64,000 nucleotides of DNA from Welwitschia mirabilis (taxonomy: Eukaryota): NCBI GenBank assembly GCA_051453625.1, contig JBOZIK010000001.1, positions 18,456,089 to 18,520,088 on the forward strand. The letters are read 5' to 3'. Under the pieces are notes generated by a model. That model was not told the DNA's origin and made no database searches. It saw only the letters and a program-made list of their open reading frames with translations. Position 1 is the stretch's first letter. Each line of letters starts with the position of its first letter. A program made the translations under genes and the position numbers. This document shows positions 11,830 through 26,128 of the stretch, in pieces.

Positions 11830-14800
11830 TTTTATAACATTACATACAATTAAGGTTAACTTAGTTTAGAGGAGAAAACTAAGGAAGTATGTATGAGGCA
11901 TTGTAACCATTAAAATGAATTAGGATCTAAATAAATAAAGATCCAATGTAGAAAGAACTTACTTAAAAAAATGAAAAAATAATAGGAAAAAAGTAAAGTA
12001 AGCATGTCAAAATGGCACAGGTGCTTTCTAGAATGACAAAAATGAGGTTGTTATTTTGGAAAAAACCCATGATGCATAGTAATTTACCTCCTTCCATTCT
12101 AAGTCTATTAACATTAAATGAAACTTGATAGATAATATTAAAACATTGTATAGTGTTAGGATTCTTTAAAAATTTGAATGTATTTGAATTTGTTAAGACT
12201 TTTGAATAGGATGATTTAGAAGACTTTGAGATATTAGGCTTTCACATGATATCAGTATTAAGAACATAGGTACATAAGAAGGAAAAATCATCAATAGGCC
12301 TATTAAGTATCTTTAGAAAAGAGCTTACAAGAATCATCAAGGTAAAAAAGATAAATGGACATGAACGATATTTATGGCTAAAAATTAGGCAAAAGGAATG
12401 CTTTATATTTCTCACTTTCTATTATTTTCATCTAGATGGCTTGTTACATAGGTAAGATTCTATGTTTGATGATTTAGAAGAAGACATAATAGAATTTAAA
12501 ATGAAAGAAAAGTGTATGTTCATGATGAACCAAATGTAAGGACCAGCTCAAAATAAGTGGAAATCTCTTCATGTGATGTTGAATATGCAACATCATGGCA
12601 CTAATACAAGGATTTGAAAAAGGAATTTACAAGATATAAAGTCTAACACAAGAGGTAAGTTGTTATTAGAATGGGGGCTAGTAGTGGATTTTATTATTAT
12701 GAATAGAGTGAGAGAATTCCTAGATATCTCTATTTTACACATTACTAGGCTAAGAAAGCATCCATGTGTTGATTTGGTACTACTCATTTCATAAAACCTT
12801 ACATATTTTAGTGATTTTTAGGTGGATGAGCAACTGATAAAGGTAGATAATTAGCATCTAGATTTACTATTAAATAAAACTTCTCTAAGAATAATCAAGA
12901 TAAGAATAGGATAAGGTAAATTAACATAGGACATAAGGAATTATTCCAACAAGAACTACAAAACGAGAGGAAAAAATAATAATANNNNNNNNNNNNNNNN
13001 NNNNNNNNNNNNNNNNNNNNNNNNNNNNNNNNNNNNNNNNNNNNNNNNNNNNNNNNNNNNNNNNNNNNNNNNNNNNNNNNNNNNNNNNNNNNNNNNNNNN
13101 NNNNNNNNNNNNNNNNNNNNNNNNNNNNNNNNNNNNNNNNNNNNNNNNNNNNNNNNNNNNNNNNNNNNNNNNNNNNNNNNNNNNNNNNNNNNNNNNNNNN
13201 NNNNNNNNNNNNNNNNNNNNNNNNNNNNNNNNNNNNNNNNNNNNNNNNNNNNNNNNNNNNNNNNNNNNNNNNNNNNNNNNNNNNNNNNNNNNNNNNNNNN
13301 NNNNNNNNNNNNNNNNNNNNNNNNNNNNNNNNNNNNNNNNNNNNNNNNNNNNNNNNNNNNNNNNNNNNNNNNNNNNNNNNNNNNNNNNNNNNNNNNNNNN
13401 NNNNNNNNNNNNNNNNNNNNNNNNNNNNNNNNNNNNNNNNNNNNNNNNNNNNNNNNNNNNNNNNNNNNNNNNNNNNNNNNNNNNNNNNNNNNNNNNNNNN
13501 NNNNNNNNNNNNNNNNNNNNNNNNNNNNNNNNNNNNNNNNNNNNNNNNNNNNNNNNNNNNNNNNNNNNNNNNNNNNNNNNNNNNNNNNNNNNNNNNNNNN
13601 NNNNNNNNNNNNNNNNNNNNNNNNNNNNNNNNNNNNNNNNNNNNNNNNNNNNNNNNNNNNNNNNNNNNNNNNNNNNNNNNNNNNNNNNNNNNNNNNNNNN
13701 NNNNNNNNNNNNNNNNNNNNNNNNNNNNNNNNNNNNNNNNNNNNNNNNNNNNNNNNNNNNNNNNNNNNNNNNNNNNNNNNNNNNNNNNNNNNNNNNNNNN
13801 NNNNNNNNNNNNNNNNNNNNNNNNNNNNNNNNNNNNNNNNNNNNNNNNNNNNNNNNNNNNNNNNNNNNNNNNNNNNNNNNNNNNNNNNNNNNNNNNNNNN
13901 NNNNNNNNNNNNNNNNNNNNNNNNNNNNNNNNNNNNNNNNNNNNNNNNNNNNNNNNNNNNNNNNNNNNNNNNNNNNNNTAATAATATGAAGAAAAAACAG
14001 AAGAAATATTATGAAAGGTCATACAAAAGGTACTTTCTAGGAGGAAATATAATGGCAAAAAGAAGTGGTTTGTTAAAGAATGTTTGAAAGCACAGTTAGC
14101 TCTCAAGTAAGGAAGTTATGATGATGATAGGATTAGAATCATAAGAAGTTACTGCATATGAAGAAAAGTTGTTTCTTTGAAAATAGTAAGAGAACATATT
14201 AAAGATGATGAAATAAGACCTTAGAAGTATTAAGAAACTATTTCAAAAAAAGTCTCTACGACTAATAATCTCAATCTTTCTAAGGTTTAATATTTTATAA
14301 TAATTCATTCCAGCATGAAATAAATGTATTAGAAATTATATTAGATGAAATAATCCATGGAATAACTAGAATAAACCTCTAGAAGTAGTTGATTTTAGAG
14401 GATTATATGCTATACTTAAGTGGGGTAGCCCTCTAGTACACAAAGAAACTTAAAAAAGAATTAATAAGGCACTTAGAGGTGGATTGAATAAGAAATGGAT
14501 GGTTAGTAGAGTGATTAAGAAATGGAATAGGAAGAATCTAAATAATTACAAATTAATCATGATTAGTAATGTTTTTTTTTAAGTTATTGGAAATTATTTT
14601 AAAGAAGAGATTGAAAGGCTAGGAAGACAAAAATAATCTGTGAGATATTTTACAAGTAGGATATATAAGAAGTCAATTTACTTTAGATAACCTAGTAACA
14701 CTATGCTATTATGGAGAAGACTAGTTCAGCTTAATACTAATCCAAGTTAATGCCACCTAGAAATTATAGTTATAGGTGTTTAGGTTATCTAACGCAAAAA

Positions 14801-15198
14801 CTAAAGAATCATGTTAATTTAATAATAAGATAGGAATAAATCAAGGATATCCACTATTACCAACACTTTTTGGTATTTTCATTGATGAATTAGAAAAGTG
14901 GATTGCAAAATTTCCGTCTAAACATGTTGTTTGAGTGAATCAAGTTTCAGTTTTTCCTCTTAGTTTTGTAGATGATATGACACTTACTTCTAATCCCAAC
15001 TAAGGACTATAAAATGTGTTACATATCTTATAATTATTACTTGAACATTTAAGAATAAGTATAAAGATAGATAAAACAAAAGTTCTAATACTTTTAAAAA
15101 AAGGATAGAGACAATATATTCTAGTTTAATAACAAGAACATTGATATTATTAATGCTTATACATGCTTAGGATTGGAGTGCATTATATTGCACATGAA

Positions 15199-15231
<33 letters not shown>

Positions 15232-16140
15232 ATAGAAATTAATGGCTAGAAGGCACACTATAGAATGAAAGATAAATGGAGCAAAGAAAATACCAAGACA
15301 TTGGATTCCTAAAAAAAAATTATTTGAGATGATCATGAAGTTAACTATTCTATGTGGGTATCCAATTTGTAGCTAGGTTTGTCTAGAACAACATGGAAGA
15401 AGATAAAAAAGTTAGAGAAATAGTTTGTATTAGATCAATTGAATGTTAAAACTCAACTGTCATATGCGATGTTGTGATTACAAGAATATATGTTATCTTT
15501 GAAAGATAAGGTAATGTATTAGTTTATTACCTTTTTCCATAACTAGAGATAAGAGTAATACATTTAAATTTTTAAAATAGGTATTTGTAAGCACTTAGTA
15601 AAAGGCATGGTATCAAGATGAAAAGATATGAATATGCAAATAGTATAACATCTAAGACCTAGGAAAAAATTAACAACTCTAGATTAGGCTTGTCACATGG
15701 TAAAAGAAAGGGATATAAAAAAGAAATTAAAAGAGAGAAAAATAAAAAAATACACTTTTATTTGACTATGAGTACATTTAAGAAGGCAAATTAGAGAAAA
15801 GAATAAAATATCTTAGTTTAACAATTCCATTTGAACACAAACATAAATTTCAAGAATTTAACTAGGATCTCATCATCGCATGGTAAAATAAAATAGATGG
15901 AATAATATGACATAAAAGGAGTATACATGTAGAATTTAATAGAGGATAATAAACTTTTTTTAATAGAATTAAATGAAATATTAATAGTAAAACATTGTAT
16001 GAATTATTTGCCATTCCACCATTAGTGTTAGGATAAGTTCTTGAAGATGCATTTAAATTGCATGAGTCTTGAACATGTTTGATGCATTAAATGAATGGTT
16101 GTAGTTTTTTAGTCTAACAAATCTTGTTCGATTTATCCAA
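11830..16140 (+). mobile_element. Degenerate LINE (AP-endonuclease relic, RT, C-terminal finger relic), same clade; spans N gap 12985-13978
   Basis: LNET(W) endonuclease start ~12115-12130, IGINQGYPLLPTLFGIFIDELEKW ~14830, FVDDMTL ~14965, IDKTKVLI, AYTCLGL, GSHH...RW...YTCR ~15863-15935. Confidence 0.78.
15199..15226. repeat. (AT)14 microsatellite inside the LINE
   Basis: Direct reading of the dinucleotide run. Confidence 0.95.
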
Positions 16141-16910
16141 ATGTAATAAAACATAGTTTTACTTTTAGTTTTGTATATAAAATACCAATTTAATTAGATA
16201 AAAAAATGATTCATAGATATATTTAATAGTACAAAACCTTTGTTAATTTTAAAGTTGATGTTTTAAAGATGCAAAGGCACTTTCTAATCAAATTTTTTAA
16301 ATAAAATGTAATATTTTATTGATATTAAAGATTAATTACACACATCAATGCAATATGTTATTACATCCACAAAAATGGAGAAAGGAAGAGAATAAAGGAA
16401 AGGAATTATCCTTGAAACACATTCCATGAGTGATAGTATGATGAAAGTTAGGATGCCTTTATAAGTCCCTNNNNNNNNNNNNNNNNNNNNNNNNNNNNNN
16501 NNNNNNNNNNNNNNNNNNNNNNNNNNNNNNNNNNNNNNNNNNNNNNNNNNNNNNNNNNNNNNNNNNNNNNNNNNNNNNNNNNNNNNNNNNNNNNNNNNNN
16601 NNNNNNNNNNNNNNNNNNNNNNNNNNNNNNNNNNNNNNNNNNNNNNNNNNNNNNNNNNNNNNNNNNNNNNNNNNNNNNNNNNNNNNNNNNNNNNNNNNNN
16701 NNNNNNNNNNNNNNNNNNNNNNNNNNNNNNNNNNNNNNNNNNNNNNNNNNNNNNNNNNNNNNNNNNNNNNNNNNNNNNNNNNNNNNNNNNNNNNNNNNNN
16801 NNNNNNNNNNNNNNNNNNNNNNNNNNNNNNNNNNNNNNNNNNNNNNNNNNNNNNNNNNNNNNNNNNNNNNNNNNNNNNNNNNNNNNNNNNNNNNNNNNNN
16901 NNNNNNNNNN

Positions 16911-19900
16911 TAAACTTTAGTAAATTAATATATTTTCAAACCTATGACTACCATAATTTATAAAATTTTTATTAGGAATTACTAACTTTTAATATTTTAT
17001 ATGTAAGTTGCACTAACTACCTAAACTTCTTTGAAACTATTCTTGTAAGAGGAAACAATGACATTGTTGTCGTGAAGCGAAATAGACCCTATGAAGGATG
17101 CAAGACTGAGTAGAAAATAAGTTAACAAATTGAAATTATAGTCTAGTGCTAAAGTAGTTAACAAAGATTAAGGCCTACACCTCCATGTCCTACCATCTAA
17201 GAAGATTTGTCACTATCCATCTATTAATAATGAGGATATACCAATGTTATACAAGTAGAGGCTACTTCAAGAATAGAAATACTTTATCCTTCATCAATGG
17301 AGATCATTTATCATCTAATTTGGAGTCCATCATCATCGAAGCTTGACTTTTTATCCATCCATTAGAAAATTTTCATTCTAAATTTGAAAATCTTATGGCT
17401 ATGATAAGGGCTTATCTTATCATGAGGTTTTAGGCCTGCCGTCTCCTTCCTTAAGTGTGAGGACATGATTTGACTTATGAGGCATTTATCTTATTACAAT
17501 CTAGTTTTTAATCTAGACTAATTTAATATTATCTATAGTGTTAGCATCAATGATGAATTAACTTTGACTTGTAATCAAACTTACTTTATTCTTCCATCAT
17601 TGATTCAATTATGATTAGTGGTTATACAATAGTTTATTCTAAATTTTCTTTCATATTTATTGCTTATGTATATTTCTCTAATGCTTTATTAAGTTTTAGA
17701 TGATTGATATATTAGTTTATAACATCTTTCATGCTATCTTACACTTCATTGAAAGATGTAACATAACTAGTACTTACATTACATTTAAAATCCATAGTGA
17801 ATAATTTATTTCTTCTTTATGAATACAAAGCGTAATATATTTTAATTAGCTAAGGTCTACTTGATACGCTACCTTATGAATAATCATTTCTAGCTTGTAG
17901 GAGGGGATATCTATTTTATGTAATTTACTTTCAAATATCCTTTTGTACTTAAGTCCTCAATTAACACTGTTATTCAAAACTCGTAACCTTTGAAACACAT
18001 TTGTATTTCTTAAGAGAATATGATAATTATGGTCAATGATACTATACTATAAAATGCCCTAATTTATGTATTTAATCCTTTACTTATAACTTAACAACCA
18101 GAGAACATCATTTAAAGATCACAAATTACAACAAAGATTAAGGCATAGTAAGTTTTTGGCACTGCTGTCAAGGATTACAATTAGTGCTTTTTAGCTTATA
18201 AAGAATCATCTTTTTAATGATTTTTTTTTTTCATATTTTGAATCCATTTCTATCAAAACAATAAAAGGTTTTATATGTTTTGCAGGAACTAGAATCATTT
18301 GCAGGAACTATCCAGAAGCGTAAGAAAGAAGTCACAAAATTTCAACAATTGCCTAATGAAGACTATGCCTCTGCCTATGAGTGATTCTTTGTTGCTTTAC
18401 ATTCAAACCCCGTAGATGCCTTTTCCGAGGTGGAGTTAATTAACAATTTTTATAGTGGGTTGAACAGTCATACCAAGCAACTTGTAGATTTCTCTTATAC
18501 AGGCAACCTCTTAAACCAAACTTTGGGAGACGCTTGGAAGGTGTTGGAAGATTTAGCAGAAGTAAGTCAAACTTGGCCTAAATCCTCTTTTAGAGAAAAC
18601 TGAACTGTAGGCTAAATCATTAAGGACCTAAAAGAAGTTAAGCATAAGAAGAATGAAACCAAAATAGAAAATGAACCAACTACCATCATTAAGGATTTCA
18701 CTTTTACCTTAAAGAATACACCCAAATGATCCTTGATGCTAAAGTAGCAATTGAAAAGAGTGAAGTTGTTGTTCCAACATGTGATTTGTGTGAAGATAGT
18801 TATCATGCCACCAAAGATTACCCTTAACTTTCTACTTACAAAGAAAGAATCTATGAGGAAGTTTGCGCTTTTAACCAAATACCTTCTAACTACATGCAAA
18901 AATACAACTAAAGACAAGTCCAAAGTCACAATTTTCAGGATAGGATGAGTGAGAAACCAAATTTGAGAAATTTCCAAACACTTAATCCTAATTTCTAGCC
19001 TTTTAAAAATAGATTTGAACATCTAAATTTTTGATCCAACCATCCCAATAATTTGGCAAGCCCTTCCAACTCCTAAAATCATAGTGATCCTCTTAGGAAT
19101 TTCATTGAGGAGTTGATAAAAACTCAAGAGAAGACAAATGCAAATATAGAAAATCTTGTAAGTATCTTATAACAAACCATGCTTATTAATCAAAGACCAC
19201 AAGGAACCCTTGCCACTCAACTTTTACCGAATCCTAACGAAGTATGAAAAGATTGTAAGGTGGTGACAAGGAGTGAAAATCATACAACTCCCCCTACCCA
19301 TGAGGCTTCAACTTCCCAAAATGACAAAAATGATTAGGAAGAGGATATAGAAATCCTAGAAAATCATTCCTTCCCTTCTTCACTTAGCAACAAAAAGAAA
19401 GACTCTTCACAAAAGAAATCTGCTATTCCATGGCTTAATAGGCTTAACAAAAAACCCATCTTTGATGATCATTTGAAAGCTTTAATGCAAAATCTAAGTA
19501 GCAACTTATTATTTTGGAAACTATTGTAAGAGAATCCAAAATACTCTAAGCTATGGAAAGACCTAATAAGAAGGAAACAAAAACGAACCATCCTTAGTAA
19601 AGTCCTCCTAGCTCAATTCATTAGCAACTTGGTTTTCAAGAAGTGTCTAAAGTTTAAAGATCTAGGGGCAACAACCGTTAGTGTCACTTTAAAAGGGAAC
19701 TGAAGAATTAAGAAAGCCTTGATAGACATAAGATCTAGTGTCAATATTATGCCCTTGCACATCTGTCAATGCCTTGGGTTGGAAGAAAGAGTAGAGCCTA
19801 TATGCATTATCTTGGAGTTAGCTAATACATTTGTGAAGAAACCTTTAGGTGTGATCAAGGACTTGGTCATTCAGATAAAGGAATCTTTCTACTCAATAGA

Positions 19901-22900
19901 TGTAGTTATTTTAGAAGTTGAGCATCAAGGTGGATATCCCCTACTTCTAGATAGAGCTTTCTGTGCAATAGCCCATTGCATCATAGACACAAAAACTAGA
20001 TTAATAAAGTGCTATTTTGGAAATAAACAATTTTCAATAAGAGTCTTTGATGTAGCCAAAAAAGATTTAGGTAATGATTTAGGATTGGAGGAAGAAATAA
20101 AATCAACCCTATTTTTACAACATCATCCACTTGAAGAGAGATGGTACATGCTTTATGAGCTAATCTTGTTTGATCATCACATAGAATTAGAATACCTTTA
20201 TGTGCTTAATAAACAACTTGAGTTTGACCATCCCTCCATTGAGTTTTCTAATCTGATGAGGAGTAATTTAGAGTCTGCAACCTGTTTTAAAGTCCGAGAG
20301 ATCAAAAACCCTAAGAATTCTTATTGTAAAATCAGTCATCCACTACTAACATCTAGACGATACTCTAAGATGATAGTCAACTCTTTTGAAAATTTTTCTG
20401 AAATTAGAGGTTTGAACCTTAACCTGAACCTAAAACCTTTGAGCAGTGAACTGAAATAGATTTTTCTAAACAGAGATCTAAATAAACCCTTAATTATCAA
20501 TAAAAATCTCTTATCTTAATAAGGATCTGATCTTATTTCACTTTTAGAGTTAAGGTTTATATGTTTAATTAGTCCCATAATGATCTATCGGCCATCCTCA
20601 ATTTCATTATGCAATACAAAATCTACCTCAAAGAAAATGCCAAACCTATGAGGTAACCCTAATGTAGACTAAATCCAGCTCTANNNNNNNNNNNNNNNNN
20701 NNNNNNNNNNNNNNNNNNNNNNNNNNNNNNNNNNNNNNNNNNNNNNNNNNNNNNNNNNNNNNNNNNNNNNNNNNNNNNNNNNNNNNNNNNNNNNNNNNNN
20801 NNNNNNNNNNNNNNNNNNNNNNNNNNNNNNNNNNNNNNNNNNNNNNNNNNNNNNNNNNNNNNNNNNNNNNNNNNNNNNNNNNNNNNNNNNNNNNNNNNNN
20901 NNNNNNNNNNNNNNNNNNNNNNNNNNNNNNNNNNNNNNNNNNNNNNNNNNNNNNNNNNNNNNNNNNNNNNNNNNNNNNNNNNNNNNNNNNNNNNNNNNNN
21001 NNNNNNNNNNNNNNNNNNNNNNNNNNNNNNNNNNNNNNNNNNNNNNNNNNNNNNNNNNNNNNNNNNNNNNNNNNNNNNNNNNNNNNNNNNNNNNNNNNNN
21101 NNNNNNNNNNNNNNNNNNNNNNNNNNNNNNNNNNNNNNNNNNNNNNNNNNNNNTTTCTCGAGAGGGGATTAAGATGGATGCTTCTAAAGTTAGTATTATT
21201 CAAAATCTTAGTCCTCCTACCAATGTTAAACAGGTCCGATCTTTCCTTGGTTATTGTGATTTTTACCGTTGGTTCATTCGTGATTATGCTTTTATTTGCA
21301 AACCCCTTTACTCATTGCTAGAAAAAGATGCCAAATTTGAATGGAATGAATCTTGTCAAATTACTTTCAATGGGCTTAAACAGAGATTGTCTGATGCTCC
21401 TATAGTAACGGGACCCGATTGGAAACATGACTTCAAGCTTATGTGTGATGCTAGTAATTTTGTTGTGGATGGGGTTCTTTGCCAAAAATATGAGAAAGAC
21501 TTCAAAGTTATATCTTACCATAGAAAGACATTGTCTAAAGCTTAGATGAATTATATGACTACCGAAAAAAATGCTTACTATTATCTTTTGCCTTAATTCT
21601 CTTTAACACTATGTTTTAGGCTTCCACATGTATGTTTATATTGACCATACTGCCATTCGTTACCTCATGACTAAGAAAGACTCTAGTGCTCGATTAATTA
21701 GATGGATCCTTCTTATGCAAGAATTCAATTTGACCATTATAGATAAAATAGAGAAGCATAATTCTGTTGTCGATCACTTGTCTCGACTTCCTTCTCCTCC
21801 AGATAATATTCTCATTAATAATACCTTTCCTGACGAGAAGCTTTTTACTATTTCTTCTTCTTCTTATCCTCCTCCATGGTATGCTGACATTGTTAACTAT
21901 CTTGTAACCATGAAAACATCACAACATTAGACCTATCACCAGTGTAAACGTTTTCTCCATTGTATAGAAGACTATGAGTGGATCGAGCCACACTTATACC
22001 ATAGGTGCAAAGACTAGATTATGAGAAGATGTGTGCCCAATTGGGAAATACCTGAGATTATTCATCTTTGTCATAGTGGTATTCGTGGAGGACATTTTAG
22101 TGGACATAAAACTGCCATGAAAATACTTCATTCTAGTTTTTACTCGCCTTCTCTTTTTTTGTGATTTATATGATTTCATTAGAAGGTGTGATCCTTGCCA
22201 GCATTTTGATAGCCTTGTTCGTTTACATGAAATGCTCCTTCAATCTATTCTTAAGTGTGAGCCTTTTGATTATTGGGGTATTAATTTCACAGGCCCTATT
22301 CACTTACCTTCTTTCAATAAAAATTACATTTTAGTGGCTGTAGATTACGTGACTAACTGGGTTGAAGCCATACCTAATTCTTTGAATGATGCCCGAACTG
22401 TCTGTCATTTTTTTCGATCTCATATCTTTTAGAAATTTGGCTTTCCTAGAATTATCATTAGCGATCAGGGTACTCATTTTGTAAATTTACTTTTTAAGAA
22501 ACTTCTTTTGTCCATGGGAATTGAACATAGAATAGCTTGTGCTTATCACCCTCAAACAAATGGAAAAGCTAAAAATGCTAACAGAGAAATAAAGAAAATT
22601 CTTCAAAAACTTATCTCTGTTAATAAAAAGAGTGGGGCTTCTAAACTTAATAATGTACTTTGAGCTTATCATACTACTTGGCGTACTTCTCTTGGTTTCT
22701 CACCTTACGAACTTGTTTTCAGTAAAGTTTATGTCTTACTGATTGATGTATGTTACAATTCTTATTGTACATCACATCAACTTAATCTTGTGGATTTTGC
22801 TAAAAATCTTAACTATAGGTTAGCATAATTAAATCATCTTAATGAAAAAAGAACTAGTATCATACATCGTCAATTGATTCATAAAGCCCAACCCAAGTTT

Positions 22901-24901
22901 AAACATGATAAAAGGATTTTTTATAAAAAGTTTGAACCTGATCAACTTATTTTATTGTATAACACTCGAGTCCACCTTTTGCATAACAAGTTAACCTCTA
23001 AATGGATAGGTCCTTATCTTGTACAGAAAGTAAACTTTAATGGCTCAATTAAAATTTTAGATTTGAAAACTAAAGAGATTCAGAAAGTTAATGGACAACA
23101 GTTGAAATTATATGAGGAATCTCTAGATGNNNNNNNNNNNNNNNNNNNNNNNNNNNNNNNNNNNNNNNNNNNNNNNNNNNNNNNNNNNNNNNNNNNNNNN
23201 NNNNNNNNNNNNNNNNNNNNNNNNNNNNNNNNNNNNNNNNNNNNNNNNNNNNNNNNNNNNNNNNNNNNNNNNNNNATATTACTTCATAAAGTATCATGAT
23301 TAGTTTTATACTTGAGCATTTACAGGTGATAAGATTGGATTCACCCAATCTTAAGAAATTCCCATGTCTATAGACTGTATTTACAGGAAGATGCCTTAGT
23401 TTCTTGTGTTTTCTTCAATGATGTTTAAATCTCAGGTTATCTGGGAGTGTTCTTTTCTATCTTTTATCTCACTTATTCACCTTCGTCTTTCTTGAGTGTG
23501 TGATCATGTGGGAAGTTTGTGTTCAAAAAAAAAAAAAAAAAGAAAAGAAAAAAAGAAAAGAAAGAAAGGAAAAAAAATGAAAAACATGATGTCCATCGCA
23601 AGTACACTGAGGCAAATATTTCTGAGAGGAGCCTTTGGCAGTGTAATATGATAGCTGTGGGAACTCCATTGGGGAGTTAGTTAGCCATGCTTCACGGGTT
23701 CTTACTCCTCTGATAGTGGTTGCACTTCCCTCATTATGGTAAAAAAAAATAAAACCTTTTGTATTCCCACTTGATTATTTTACTTTTGGAGACTTCGGTG
23801 AGTTTTTGGATTGAAGCAGATGAGTCCATTTCTAAGTAACTTTTGATTTTGACCTTTATTGTTCTACACACTTAAAAATCTAGCTATCGCCATAAGTACT
23901 GCCTTTTCAAATGAACTTTATGGAGTTAATACTCCTTGTCATGCATCTTTACTCAGGTGACATTGTGATGTTTCCCTTAGGAGTTTGCTACGTTAGTACT
24001 TAGGATAGGTAAATAATCTTCTCCTTGTTCCTTTTGTCCACTTTCACTTTGGTTTTCTTTTGTTTTTGAGCCTCCTGTTTCAAAGTCATTTCCATATTTT
24101 CATATTTTTTCTTAGGACTTTCATCATTTAGTTGTTTTCTTGCTATTCACTCATACGTCCCCTTGTCAGTTATTGCATTCTTAACTCTATCCGTCTTTCA
24201 ATTTTTCTATTCGGACATATTCATTTAGTCTTTCTTGCAGATTTTCAACCTTGATGGTCTGTTTTCTTTAGCCATAGTTTTTTTGTCTTTTCTATGAGCT
24301 TTTACGCTTCTGTCTTTTCCTTTTCATACCTAACACCTCTTTTCTCATGCTTTGGCAATTTGGGATGTATTGCATTTTTTTTTGGGGGGAGGGGGTAAGA
24401 TGCATTTCTATTATTTTAAAAATTTTTTATCAATTATGAGAATCACTCTTGCAGCTCTTCCTCCCTTTTCAAGTTTCGTCATGCAGCATAAACCAGAGAA
24501 GTAATTCTACACTTTATTTTAGCATGATGTACTAATTCTGTCTGATTCTTACATTTAGCTGTTCTATTTATCATTAACAAAAAAATTTGATTTTTGTCAT
24601 AGCTTTCAGTTTTGAAGATCCTTTGAGGAGCTTGTCGTCCTATTATCATCCGAACGATAGTTCTGGACGACCAAATTTTGATGCTTAGTAGGTATGTCTG
24701 ATCAGTTTTTGAATTTTCCAGAAATTCAGTCTATTGTTGGTATATGTTGCAAATCTTTTTCAGATGCTCTCTTTAGATGTCCTAGCTGCTTTTATTATTT
24801 GAAAAGTTGGCTCGCCAATGTGGTTTACTGCCTGGTTTTGTCAGGGACTAACAAGGCTAAGTTGGGGGCTATGTTGCACCACCAACTTATGTGTATTTGA
24901 T
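16911..24901 (+). mobile_element. Degenerate Ty3/gypsy Athila-like element (LTR-like leader, PBS, gag, PR, [RT in gap], RNaseH, IN, long 3' non-coding region, PPT, start of 3' LTR)
   Basis: gag FQQLPNEDY...INNFYSGLN ~18340-18580; PR ALIDIRSSVNIMP ~19716; RNaseH MCDASNF, YIDHTAIRYL; IN WGINFTGP, SDQGTHF, YHPQTNG; PPT-like AAGTTGGGGG then TG at 24872. Confidence 0.9.
18157..18174 (+). promoter_or_regulatory. Decayed primer-binding site (tRNA-Asp type, Athila-like)
   Basis: TGGCACTGCTGTCAAGGA versus the Athila consensus TGGCGCCGTTGCCGGGGA; differences are transitions. Confidence 0.65.
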
Positions 24902-25001
24902 NNNNNNNNNNNNNNNNNNNNNNNNNNNNNNNNNNNNNNNNNNNNNNNNNNNNNNNNNNNNNNNNNNNNNNNNNNNNNNNNNNNNNNNNNNNNNNNNNNN
25001 N

Positions 25002-26120
25002 AATAACAACTTCAACCTTCTTGATTGCCATTTTAGCATCAAGGATCATTTGGGTGTATTTCTCTAAGGTAGAAGTAAAATCCTTAATGACGCTAGTCGG
25101 TTCATTTTTTATTTTGGTTTTATTCTTTCTATGTTTAACTTCTTTTAGGTTCTTAATGATTTGGCCTACTGTTTAGTTTTCTCTAAAAGAGATTTTAGAC
25201 CAAGTTTGACTTACTTCCACTAAATCTTTTAATACCTTCCAAGCATCTTCTAAAGTTTAGTTTAATAGGTTTCTTTCACAAGAAAAATTTATGATTTTCT
25301 TAGTATGACTGTTCAATCCACTATAAAAATAGTCAATTAACTCCATCTCTGAAAAGGCATCTATAGAGTTTGAATCTAAAACAATAAAAATTCACTCATA
25401 AGCAGAGGTATAATCCTTGTTAGGCAATTTTTGAAAGTTTGTAACTTTTTTTTCCACTTGCAAATGGTGGTTTCACTTATGAATCTCTTTATAAAGGCTT
25501 CTTAAACTTAACTCTAAGATTTAAGGCTCTTATGAGAAATTTTTCTAAGCCAAAGTTTTTCTTTACCTTTTAAGGTGATGGGAAAGATAACCATATAGAT
25601 TCTATTACTTATTCATTTTTTACTTTTTTTAAAGGTAAAGATAAGTTGTTTCATTTAGAAGATGTGTTGTAAAGGATATTCATCAGAATCTCCACTAAAG
25701 GTAGAGTAAGCATTTAAGTTTCAAAGTTTTACATCATCATCAGAAGGTAAGTCAAAAGGATTTTGAATTGCATGTTTTTTATTTACTATAAGATCTCTCA
25801 AAGTAGCATGAGTACTGCATTGAAAAGGAGTAGAAGTAAGGGTCCTAATGACAAGGGTGGATTTGGAGAGATAGGTTGTTTAATTTTTTATTTCAAGGTC
25901 AACATGGAAGCAAAATTAGACTTTGCAGAATTAAAAGTGGAAATTGCAAGAATTTCAAAATCTTGCATAACTTTATTGTTTTAATTTGTTTCCACTTTAA
26001 GATTTATCAAATTATTTTTTATATTTTCAGCAATTAACAGCTGCTCTCTTTAGTATTTCTCCTTTTTTTTCAGACTTAAACATTCATATTCTATCTTGGA
26101 TCTATGAAAGTATCATCTCG
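25002..26120 (-). pseudogene. Athila-like gag fragment, inverted paralogue of 18310-18770
   Basis: 25005-25460 is the reverse complement of ~18310-18770 with scattered substitutions; it extends further into the gag 5' region. Confidence 0.85.
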
Positions 26121-26128
26121 TACATTGT

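Noticed and set aside
12895..14106. Long ORFs spanning N runs (also 20646-21203, 23088-23348, 36183-37109, 42829-43065, 45932-46367, 56792-56998)
   Set aside because: Artefacts of translating assembly gaps.
16911..18150. 5' LTR matching the LTR at 24872/26129
   Set aside because: I could not align it by eye to 26129-27250 and its start lies in a gap, so the element may be chimeric; no LTR pair or TSD is claimed.
23525..23577. Poly(A) tail of a retrocopy or SINE
   Set aside because: A-rich tract lies within the Athila 3' non-coding region; no TSD or Pol III boxes seen.
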